Made by a program: the position numbers and the translations under genes. From Balamuthia mandrillaris (Eukaryota): a DNA stretch of 64,000 nucleotides. The stretch's first letter is position 1. Each line of letters begins with the position of its first letter. The DNA is taken from NCBI GenBank assembly GCA_031835245.2, contig JAVKOQ020000038.1, positions 186,001 to 250,000 on the forward strand. Direction: 5' to 3'. The notes under the pieces were generated by a model. That model saw only the letters and a list, made by a program, of their open reading frames with translations. It made no database searches and was not told the DNA's origin. This document shows, in pieces, positions 54,169 to 64,000 of this stretch.

Positions 54169-54213
54169 TCTCTTACTAATCCCTCCATTTATATCTCGAT
54201 CCAGTCGTATCCC
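54103..54213. repeat. Perfect 31-bp inverted repeat (49-nt spacer) at the element end
   Basis: GGGATACGACTGGATCGAGATATAAATGGAG (54103-54133) versus its exact reverse complement at 54183-54213. Confidence 0.95.
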
Positions 54214-54284
54214 TTTTCCTTAAATTTTTTCTAGGAAAAAGGCCGGCTTTGGGGGAAACTTTGGAGTCCGCAAAAAGCAAGTTG

Positions 54285-55409
54285 ATGGACGCAGGCTCCA
54301 GCAGCGCAGCCGCGCACAGTGGCCCGTCGAATCACGTCCTCGTTAAAGTGGTTGGAGGACCCAAGAATGGCCGCGTGCGAGTGACCATTCTCGCCTGCCC
54401 GGAATGCGGTGCCAGCTTTGCCTCCAAATCCCTCCTTCTGGCGCACATGAAGCAACGTGGGCATGGGCTGCGCTGTGCTACCTGTGGTTGGGCTTTCCTC
54501 TCTCGTGGTGCGTGCAAGCAACACCAGAGAAAAAAGGGCCACGCCTCCTCCACTGCTGCCAACAGCAACGCAGCAGTGGCTCATAAGCCAGAAGAGGACA
54601 AAGAAGCAGCAGCCACGCGCCAATCCCTCTTGCAAAGGCAACAAGCGGCTTTATTATCGGACTTTGCGCAGAAGCTTTGGGGCTTGATGCAAGGACTTAG
54701 CCAAGAGAATATGAAAGCTGATAAAACGATGCTTGCACAGCTACGGGAACAGCAAACGAAGGCGCAGGAGAACCTCAAATCCTTGTGCGGTGCCATGGCC
54801 AGCGCTTCTAGCGAAGGCCAAAAAGCAGCACAGCGGCTGTGTGAAGAGCAACTGGCAGCTATTCGACAAGAACGGGAGGATTGGGAAAAAGAAAAACAAC
54901 ACATTAGCAACGTCAATGGTCTACAACCGAAAGTGGTAAAGGTTAATGTTGGAGGTGAAGTTCCTCTCTTCTCTTTCTTACTGTCTACTCTCCTTTCATC
55001 CCTCTTCTTTTTTCTTCTCTCGGCTTGTTTTGCTCTGTATTCATTTGTTGCATGTGCGTTTTCTCTTTCTTCCTTGTGTCTTAACTTTGTATCTCTTTCT
55101 TTCCATTTCTTCTTCTATTCACCAGGACACGTGTTCACGACCTCAAGCACAACAATGTGCATGTGCACAGGATCAATGCTGGAGGCCATGTTCTCGGGAA
55201 GGCATGCCCTAACGCCAATGGAGGACGGCTCCGTTTTTATCGACCGCGATCCCACTCACTTCAGAACAATCTTGAACTATTTGCGTGGTAACAAGCCGGT
55301 ACTTCCAGAAAACCAGACTGGCCTTGAAGAACTCCTTCAGGAATGTGAATTCTACGGGCTTGCTCCGCTTGCTTCGCTCGTTCGTAAGGCGCTGGAGAGT
55401 GTATCGTGA
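54285..55409 (+). CDS. Two C2H2 zinc fingers, coiled coil and KCTD-type BTB/POZ protein; a possible upstream exon lies before the transposon
   Basis: CPECGASF...HMKQRGH, CATCGWAF...HQRKKGH, VKVNVGG|HVFTTS, FIDRDPTHFRTILNYLR; in-frame intron ~54956-55125. Confidence 0.85.
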   Translation: MDAGSSSAAAHSGPSNHVLVKVVGGPKNGRVRVTILACPECGASFASKSLLLAHMKQRGHGLRCATCGWAFLSRGACKQHQRKKGHASSTAANSNAAVAHKPEEDKEAAATRQSLLQRQQAALLSDFAQKLWGLMQGLSQENMKADKTMLAQLREQQTKAQENLKSLCGAMASASSEGQKAAQRLCEEQLAAIRQEREDWEKEKQHISNVNGLQPKVVKVNVGGEVPLFSFLLSTLLSSLFFFLLSACFALYSFVACAFSLSSLCLNFVSLSFHFFFYSPGHVFTTSSTTMCMCTGSMLEAMFSGRHALTPMEDGSVFIDRDPTHFRTILNYLRGNKPVLPENQTGLEELLQECEFYGLAPLASLVRKALESVS

Positions 55410-55687
55410 TGCAGTCCTTACCTAAATGCGAGGAGAGAAACTTGCGAGTTTAACGAAAACAAACAACAGTTGTTCTTGTTTCTCTTCTGTACTTGGAATT
55501 ATATAACGTTCTTGCTTTAAATCCATTTTAGATTCATTGCAAATAGGTTGTCGGCATGGTGGTTGAAGAGCTTTGGCGAGATGTTGTCTGGTCCTAGCAA
55601 CCAAGACTGAAGATAGAAAACCTCAAAGTTGGAAGAAGTTTTTTTTATTTGTAAAGTTGTTGCAAAGACAACAATCATTTGTCTCCT

Positions 55688-56842
55688 TTACGCTCTAATG
55701 AGAGGAAGGAAGCCAGGCACGTATCTGACGTTTTCGCCACCAAGGCCATCCAAGCGTTCCATGTGGCGCTGCCTCAACACAAAGTCCAAGGCACGAGCGT
55801 TGCCCTTAATGTGCTCGATTTCAGTGCTGCCAAAGATGGGGATGTAGCCCTTCTCCAGAGACCAACGAAGGAGGACCTGTGCCTCAGTGGCTTCTATCTC
55901 CTTGGCTATTTCCTTGACGACTGGATGCTCCAGGATCTTGGGTAGGTTCATTCTTTGTACCAGAGTGTTGTCGGCAGAACCTAATGGAGAGAAGGCTTCC
56001 ACCGCTATACCTTTCTCTCTGCAATACTGTTGGATGAACACAACAGTTAAAAATAATAGAAAAAGGCGGTGTGTAAGAGACGAGAGAGGAACGCAAGTTT
56101 TTTACCTCACAGAGTTCGGTCTGAGGAAGGAAAGGATGGACCTCAATTTGGTTGACCGCAGGGACAGTGTTGCTGTTGCCAAGAATCTCCTCGATCTGAC
56201 GCTTGTTGAAGTTGCTGACGCCAATGTCCTTCACCTTACCTTCTTGCTTCAACTTTTCGAACACCTTCCATGTGTCCATAAATTCCTCTGAGATCTTCAA
56301 CTGCACGCATTCCATCCAACAAAAGTAAACTTATTAAATACACAAAGAATGAATGCAACGGACAAACAAAAAGGCGGAGGAGGGCGTACGTCCGGATGAA
56401 GGTTGCCTTGGTCATCCCACAGCGGTTGAGGGAGCGGGTCATTCTGGATCCTGATGGGCCAGTCGATGAGCAGCAGGTCCAAATAGTCCAGGCCCAATTC
56501 CTGCAGGCTTTCCGTGCGGGATTGCCTGGCCTTCTCGCCGTAGCGATCCGGAAAAGCCTTGCTGGTGATGAAGAGGTGCTGACGGTCCACCACTCCCTGA
56601 GAGAAAAGCTCACGGAGGGCCTCACCCACCTGCTTCTCGTTGCCGTTGATCCTGGCGCAGTCGATGTGGCGGTAGCCAAACCTGACGGCCTGCTTGATGG
56701 CATCTTTGAGCTTCTCGGGGTCGGCCCTCCACGTGCCGAGGCCCATCACGGGGATCTTGTTGCCCGAGTTGAGGGTGTGGGTGATGGTGGCCAGGTTGTG
56801 TCTCGTTACTGCTTCGTAGTCGATGTCTTCAGCTGTTTTCAT
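55688..56842 (-). CDS. Aldo-keto reductase fold protein with substituted catalytic residues, 3 exons
   Basis: IPVMGLGTW, GYRHIDCARINGNE, LFITSK, LDLLLIDWP, IGVSNF, PAVNQIEVHP, EAFSPLG, AQVLLRW. Confidence 0.88.
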
Positions 56843-57394
56843 TGTGTCGGATGGGTGTTGTGTTCCGTCTGTTCGTTTTTGAAAGAGAGAGCGAGAATGA
56901 AAGGGAGAGGAAAGAAAGAATAAAAATAAGAGGTGGATGAGCTTTAACGGTGCTTGCTTTATCGTTGTTGGTGAGGCCGGTGAGGTGAGGTAGATGGGGA
57001 GGGGGAGCATGATTGGTTCGCGCTTGAGTTTTTCCGCTTGACTTTCTCTGGTTTGCCCGTGTCTTATCGCTTGCTTCCAGTTGGGTTTGAAACAACAACA
57101 AAGTGAAAGGACGGCCAAGTTCTACTGCGCGCGATTGGCCAAGCTCAACAGCAGCAGGAAGAAGGAGAAAGAAAAAAGAAAGAAAGAAAAGAGAAAAAGG
57201 AAGAAAGAGAAAGGGAAAAGAATGGAAAAAAGCAAAGGAAGAACTTATCTCCTATATCAGGCGTATTAATAATACTAGAAGGGGAGCCGTTTGCAAACGT
57301 AATACAAAAAAGGCCATAAAACCAACTAGCAAACACGGGAGAAACTCTCTCCCTTTGGTTCTGGCCAAGATGAAGATCCCGTTGGTGTATTTTT

Positions 57395-57961
57395 TCAAGC
57401 GTCGGCGAGAAGGCGTTTGGTACCTCCGATAAAGGAGGGCTTGAAGGTTTGAGGCTCCCTCTCGAAAAAGTAAAAGAACAGGCCCAGGAAGAGGGCGTTG
57501 ACCGCTGGCAGAGCCCAACCAGGCGGCGTGACCAGCTTGCGTTGCTCCACGGCGCTTCTGACCATGCTCTCGACCACCATCTTTACGGCGTAGAGCAGAA
57601 AGTCGACGTTGACCTCGCGGCTGTAGGAGTAGGTCACCAAGCTGGAGGCGCTGCCGCTGAAGAGGGTGGCAATCCCCCAATAATAGTTGATCCACTGAGG
57701 CTGAGCGTTCTTGTTGTTGCCGGCGAGCAACACCCTGAGAAGGAACTGGCGGAAGCAAAAGCGCAGCAGCCTGTAGGTGAAGAGGTAGAGGGCCAGGGAC
57801 TTGCCGCCTTTGGCCGCTGCGGCGTAGGTGTGGCTCAGCAAGGCCGTGCCTCGCAGGCCCTGTCCCTTGCCCTCAAAAAAGGCTCCGAGGGACTTGAGCA
57901 CGCCGCCCACGACCAAGCCGTTCCTCGCGGCCTTGACCACTTCCACCAGCTCGCTCTGCAT
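57395..57961 (-). CDS. PXMP4-like (Tim17-family) peroxisomal membrane protein, intronless
   Basis: ARNGLVVG...SLALYLFTYR...EVNVDFLLY...AVEQRKL...LFFYFFEREPQTFKPSF resembles the PXMP4 pattern (judged by eye). Confidence 0.6.
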   Translation of the reverse strand: MQSELVEVVKAARNGLVVGGVLKSLGAFFEGKGQGLRGTALLSHTYAAAAKGGKSLALYLFTYRLLRFCFRQFLLRVLLAGNNKNAQPQWINYYWGIATLFSGSASSLVTYSYSREVNVDFLLYAVKMVVESMVRSAVEQRKLVTPPGWALPAVNALFLGLFFYFFEREPQTFKPSFIGGTKRLLADA

Positions 57962-58232
57962 CGCTCTCTGTTCCCGTTTCCTTTTGGTATTCTTTTTTCT
58001 TCTTTGTTTTCTTCTGCTTTCCTTTTGTACGCCAAAAATGAGCACGTGGCGATCCTTTTTAATTATGTTTCACCGGTTCGACTCTCGCCCGATGCAATTA
58101 GTTTTATTCGCTGGTGAAAAAAAAAGGAAAAAAAGCTGCACCTTACCCTCTTCTCTTCTCTTCTCTCTCTCTCACTTTGGTCGGCAGTGGCGAGGGCTGG
58201 GCTGGTCTGGGGATTAACGGTGAGAGAGCAAG

Positions 58233-58692
58233 ATGGGTTTGCTGGGCATCCTTCAGTCTGACCTTCGTGCCTTGAGCCTGGAGGCTCGTAAGAAATTTCC
58301 TGACATCAAAGAGGTGAGGCAAAATCTTTTTTTTTCCCTTTCTTTCTTTCTTTCAAAAAACAATCGAAAAAATCCCTCCTTCCATCGATTTTAATCGTCG
58401 TTTCTTTCGCAGGCTGCTGAACGAGGCATTTTGAAATTGAAAACTCTTGGGGAGAAGGGAGCTGATGAGGGTTCGTTTTCTCTTTGTCGTAAGGGACGCT
58501 AGCTTAGTTTCACAGATGTTGATAGACATAACCGACACATGTTTCTCTCTGAGCAGAACCAGAGTTGGTCAACAAAAGCGCTGACGATGTTCTACGTCCT
58601 TTCCTTTTGGCCTGTGAGACCAATAACACCAAACTGATCGCACTCTCCGTTGGCGCCTTTCAGAAGCTCATCTCTCATTCCGCTATCTCTGC

Positions 58693-58729
<37 letters not shown>

Positions 58730-61382
58730 CTCTCTCTCTTCCCTCCACTTCTCCCCTTGTGCTTCTTCTCATGTTATCAGTTCTTTTGTGCTGTTCTCTA
58801 TTTGGTAAACAAATTCTCCTTTTCTCTTTATGATGAAGGCAAAGCTACCACGTGTGATGCGAGTGTTGTCCACACAGGCTGACTTGGCAGACGACACCAC
58901 CAAACTGAAGGTCCTACAATGCATTCTCAGTCTCTTGAGCACGAAGAATGATCTTCACGGTGAAGCCTTGTCTCAGGTAAGCTACTACCATGTCATTCTA
59001 CGTCCACGCTATCTCTCTCTGTGTCTCCCTTCTGTTTTCTTGCATTGCCTAAGTTTCTTTCTGATGCACCGTTATGTTCCTGACGATTTGTTTTGCTTTG
59101 TAGCCGCTTTGTATTTGTTTTCGGTTGCACAAGAACAAAACACCCACTGTACAAAACACTGCAGCTGCCACGCTGCGCCAAATTGTTACTTTATTGTTTG
59201 ATCGCTCTGCTGCTGAATTGAAGAACCAAGGTACTTCCTCAGAGAGAGAGAGAGAGAGAGAGAAAAAGGGATTAACATATGTTTTTGTGTTGATATCAGA
59301 TGCGTCTACTTCGGATTCCATATCCAAACCAGAGCAAGGAGAAGAAATATCCACGTTATCGGGACAACGATTTCCTCAAAACTTGCCTCCTTGTATTACT
59401 GATACACACTTTTTGTTTCAGGTGAGTGCACAGGCAGTGTAATTAATGCAGAAAACAGTCGTATCTAACTTGATTTTTTTTTGAACTTCTTGTTCTGTTT
59501 GGTGCACCAACAGGACCTCTGTTCATTAAGCAGAGGAGACAATCCTGTTTGGCTTCCTTTACAGAACGTATCAAAAGCTTTCTGTCTGGAGCTTATAGAG
59601 TGTATTCTGGATAACCACTCAGAGCTCTTTTACAGAGTATACGAATATAGGCTGGTCCTCAAAGATAGAATATGCCCATTGTTAATCCAGTCCTTGCAAA
59701 TGAACATTGGTATTTGAAGTTTTTATTTTTGTTTGCTCTTTGTTAACCATGAAATTTTTTGTTGCTTCAGGATCGTTCCGTTACTCGGTCCGTCTTATGA
59801 GAATAATGAGCGTCTTTGTCAAAAACTTTATTGACTTAATGGAAGTTCGTATTTTGGATTACTTTTCAACAGCTGCACTGACAAATGTTCTTTGTGTTGC
59901 ATTCTTTTTCCAAACGCAAACAATAGATTGAATGTGAAGTCTTTCTAGAGCGAATCATCCGTATGCTCACCACAGAAACTCCCATTTGGTTAAAGACAAT
60001 TGCACTGGAAACATTACGCATATTTTGTGCAGACGTTAAGCTCATGCGGTACCATCTTCAGCACATTTTCTATTTTATTTTGTTATTTCAGTTCGAGTTT
60101 TCTTTTTAATCATTCTTCATAACAAGCGCCATATATTTAAATTATGATTCCCACGGGGTATTGAAAAAGAAGGGAGAAACTGAACGTTCAGCAGATGAGC
60201 GCTCAGGAGCAGAGGGGAGAATTTTTTATGGCATAGTACACGCTGTTGCTCAGTACATTCAACGCGTGTTCAGCATCAATGACCGGTTGTTACTAACTGT
60301 TGAACCTGTTCGCATGAAATGGTACATTACTACTATATTGTTTTCTTGAACTATATTGTTTTCCTGCACTAGTTTGGTTTGCTCATTGATTCGTCTTACA
60401 TATGATACAGCATCGACATGTTGAATAGTAAAGCTCCACCATCAACTACTAGCTTGACTTATTCGTTGATGCTTGGTCTCGAGTGTTTCATGTCCATCAT
60501 AGACGCTATCACCGACATCGCTTCCCTTTCTTCAGGAGTTTCCACTGCTGCTGATAGTACCAGTGGAACCAACAAAACTGAGAAAGCAGGAGAAACAGAG
60601 GAGGATGAGGAGGAAGGGGAAGAGAACGAAAAAGTTCAAGAGTCTCTTAAACGAGACGTACCGCCTAATGAAGAGATTAGCAAACAGATGGCAGCTATTT
60701 GTTGGGCTGGCATGCTTCCTTCCATCTCAAAACTCTTGTTCAGAACGGACGACATTGTAATCCTTCAAAGGTAACTTCTTTTTAGGTTTCTAGTTTGCCC
60801 TTCTCCCCTGTTTGCTTGTTCATTCAAACAAAATAGCTCACGAACCTTCTGTAGCATATTACGAGCCTATCAGCTTTTTATTCATTGTTGCGGCGACAAT
60901 CAGCTCTATGTGGCACGAAACGCATACTTGAACTCTTTATGCAAGTTTGCAGCCCCTCCTCACCAGAGATTCTATGCCTACTTGGATCAAACGCTTCTGT
61001 TTCTGAACAAGTGTGAGGAAGAGGAAGAACACAACAGTAGTCAAGAACAAGAACAACGCCAATACTTGAAGCTTTCCTTCTTGAAGACCATTGACTACTG
61101 TTATGGCGAGCAAGAAGAAGAAGACAAGTCAACAGAGCGAAAACGGTTTGGGGTTGCAGCCATTTTGCAAAGCGAGGCAGCGGCCTCGAAGACGTTACTT
61201 GAAAAGAACTTCTTGGCGGCCAAGTGTCTTCTCAACATCGTTAACTTTATGGGTCAACATTTAGATACGGCTTGGCTGCTGCTCTTGTCCACTCTGGAAG
61301 CTCTTGATTTTGTCATCCGCAATCCTCGGCAATTTGGTATCTACATTACATCCATTACCGATTCGCTCTTGCACCAATTGTT

Positions 61383-61416
<34 letters not shown>

Positions 61417-64000
61417 ACTTTATTTTTTCTGTGATAGGATCTTCCTTAACTACCGGTGGCGAGGAAGAGTTTTCCAATACAGGTGCAGCGACATCTGGCC
61501 TGGCTCAAGGCGGAAACTCCACCGTTTCAGGACAAAAACTCGGCGACTCGTCTCCTTCTTCTTCTTCGCTAAACCTCATTCTGCCATCTTCCACATCAAG
61601 CCTAAGTAAGGCAGCAAGTAGCGCCGCTCTCAACGCGTTAAGCTGCGAAATGGATGCGTTGTTTAAAGGCAGTGAGCATTTGGATGATTCATCCATCGTC
61701 TACGTGGTCAATTCTCTCTGCAAGCTCTCACGCAATGCGTTGGAGTCTTCTAACTTTAGCGGACCGCTCGACTTTGGTACCAACAAAATGGTGGAAGTGA
61801 TCCTCGAAAACCTATATCGATTGGACAAACTATGGGACACGGTGGCTGACCATCTTGTTTACGTTAGCAACCATCAACTCTCTTCTGTGCGTTCTGTCGG
61901 TGTGGACGCTCTTACTAAAGTAATCAGCAGCACGCTTTCCCGATTGCCTGCCGCACAATACTCTTCCTCCTCTATTCAAACCTCTTCTGCTGCTGAATAT
62001 GAACAAGTCGCAAATGGTGGCGGAGGTGGAGAGCCTCCTGCAACTTTGTTTTCCTCTTCCTCTTCGGTTTCTCTTTCACCGCGTAGTTCATTGACTGCCA
62101 GTCGTAGACCTCCTCCAGATCTCCAACTTCGGTTCGTTGAAACCTTGGATACACTTTCTCAGTCTAAGTATTCTGATACGCGGGACAAGGCGCTTCGGTC
62201 TCTAGATGTCATTCTTCAATCTTCCGGACAGGTTCTCTCCTCACTCTCTCTCACTCTCTCTCTCTCTCTCTCTCTCTGCTAGCTTCTCGTTTTTTGAAAG
62301 CCAACGCTCTAATCTGATACAACAGGCGCTATCCACGGCTTGGCCAAGAGTATTGTCCATAGTAAGGACAGTCGCTATCAACAATGACCAAGCCCACATA
62401 CAAAGGGCTTTCCAGAGCGTAGCCTTTATATGTAGCGACTTTCTTGCCAATTTACCTGTTGGTATGATATTTCATTTTAAGGACAGGCTTCTTTTTTGGT
62501 TGTCTTTGGTTTTGCTTTTTTGTTACGTTGTTTTATCATGTATGAATTTCATTTAGATTGATCGAAATACACTGCTTTGATAGATTGCTTGGCACAGTGT
62601 ATCACGAGCATTGGATGCTTTGGCTTGCAGACAGCTTTCATGAACACAAGCCTAAAGGCCGTTGGATTGCTATGGGATGTGGCTGACTTTTTAGCCAACC
62701 AACAAAAACGCTTGTTGACGCACAACGAATCAGCGTATGCTATTTATCTTCACTAGCTTTCTAAATGTTGTCGAATAGTACTGATTATGTGTTCTTTTGA
62801 AGTTCTTTATCTTCTACAAGTTCGAAAGAAGAAAGCGAGAGTTCCAACTCAACTGTAACAACTTCTCTCTATGACAGTGCGACATTAGATCGCCTTTGGA
62901 TTGCCACATTTAGGGAGCTGAAGCACTTATGCGTGGACTCTCGTCCTGAAGTCAGAAATGGTGCTGTGCGTAGTCTGTTCAAGACGCTTGCAACGCATGG
63001 GACCATCTTAGAACCTGCTACATGGGCAACCTGTATCTCTGAGGTTTCTTTTCTTTTTTTTTCTTTTCTTTTCTTTTCTTTTCTTTTCTTTTCTTTTCTT
63101 TTCTTTTCTTTGCTTTTCTTTGCTTTTCTTTGCTTTTCTTTTCTTTTCTTTTCTTTTCTTTGCTTTTCTTTGCTTTGCTTTTCTTTGCTTTGCTTTGCTT
63201 TGCTTTGCTTTGCTTTGCTTTTCTTTTCTTTTCTTTTCTTTTCTTTTCTTTTCTCTTCTTATTGCAATCACTTTTGTTATTAATGCTTACTTGCAATCTT
63301 TCTTTTCTGTCCTTTGTTTCTTCATCCTTTTTCGCTTTTTTCCCCCAAAGATTGTATTTCCGCTGATGACGGAGGTCAAACAACAGCTATCTCAGGCAAG
63401 TGATGACCGAGTAGATAACTCCGAAATGGAGAAGGGAAAGTCTCTTGTAATGTGGGTTTTTTTTCAATCTTTTATTTGATCTCTCTTCTTGCTTACTTGT
63501 TTTCTTTGGAACGGACAGCTTGGTTCATCATTCTCGAAATACAGTATTAAAGCAGTGGAATGAGACAGTGGCGTTGGCTCTCGATGGATTAGTGCAAGTC
63601 TTTCGTACTTTCTTTCCAAAGATCAGTCAGTTGACCGATTTTACAAATTATTGGCAACGCCTCATGCAAGATTTGGGACACTTTGCATCAAACAAGAGCG
63701 ACGAAGTTGCTCAGGTTTGTACCGACATCACACTGTTGCAAAATGACGTTGCTATAACCTAACTTACGTTTGAAAAACAGTGTGCAGTAGTGGCTTTGAA
63801 GGATATAATGCATAAGCATGTATCGGACGTGCGGTTCCAGGGAGTTCTATGGGAGTGCTATTGGACCACAATGACAAGAGTGGGCGAATGTCTCGTCGCT
63901 GAGCGTCAAATGAAGGTTGGCAATAACAAGGAGCAGACCATTCTTCTCCATTTTGTTGATACCATCACCAGTGTTCATCGCAAGTTTCACGATTTCTGCT
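58233..64000 (+). CDS. MON2: MON2 homolog (Sec7-family-related ARM scaffold), multi-exon, runs off the window
   Basis: [78 protein letters not shown]. Confidence 0.92.
63046..63253. repeat. (TTTTC/TTTGC)n pentanucleotide microsatellite in a MON2 intron
   Basis: Directly visible. Confidence 0.95.

Larger units (their letters stand above)
51972..54213 (+). mobile_element. IS607-family (Fanzor2) transposon: TnpA serine recombinase plus Fanzor2/TnpB
   Basis: Two intronless overlapping ORFs of IS607 type. GC-rich block bounded by CCC at 51972-51974 and 54211-54213 between AT-rich intron-like flanks. A 14-bp direct repeat TCCAGTCGTATCCC occurs at 52085 and 54200. Ends are inferred. Confidence 0.85.

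Noticed and set aside
51972..54213. Bacterial contamination or Cas12/CRISPR interpretation
   Set aside because: Flanks are continuous intron-bearing host genes, the RuvC is Fanzor-type with NLS-like runs, and there is no repeat-spacer array or cas gene.
63008..63383. Lys/Arg-rich and Phe-rich ORFs
   Set aside because: Translations of the pentanucleotide microsatellite in a MON2 intron.

Overview
Gene-dense, intron-rich eukaryotic DNA with short GT-AG introns rich in CT/GA microsatellites. An amoebozoan host is inferred from the Shk-type SH2 kinase and the intron style. About 19 host genes, in order: DUF3605 protein, a very large bacterial-type alpha-2-macroglobulin, ARF, ornithine decarboxylase, choline oxidase, MFS transporter, RING-BRCT protein, F-box/ankyrin protein, SH2-pseudokinase, DIS3L, a hypothetical gene, RpiA, an HSL-fold pseudo-hydrolase, an SLC25 carrier, a SPRY protein, a C2H2-BTB protein, a pseudo-AKR, PXMP4-like and MON2. 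The standout is an apparently intact, intronless ~2.2 kb IS607-family element (~51972-54213) encoding a serine-recombinase TnpA and a Fanzor2/TnpB RNA-guided nuclease with the rearranged RuvC (D-P-E-D). It has four unusual features. (1) The two ORFs overlap by 809 bp in different frames, with weak-then-strong start contexts that suggest leaky scanning. (2) A structured, pseudoknot-capable omegaRNA-like module sits UPSTREAM of tnpA, probably on the opposite strand. (3) A perfect 31-bp inverted copy of the RuvC-III codons forms the other end. (4) It appears inserted at a CCC/GGG site inside a host intron. Also present are a decayed Fanzor fragment ~2 kb upstream and a pre-miRNA-like hairpin. Coordinates of spliced genes are outer bounds read by eye.
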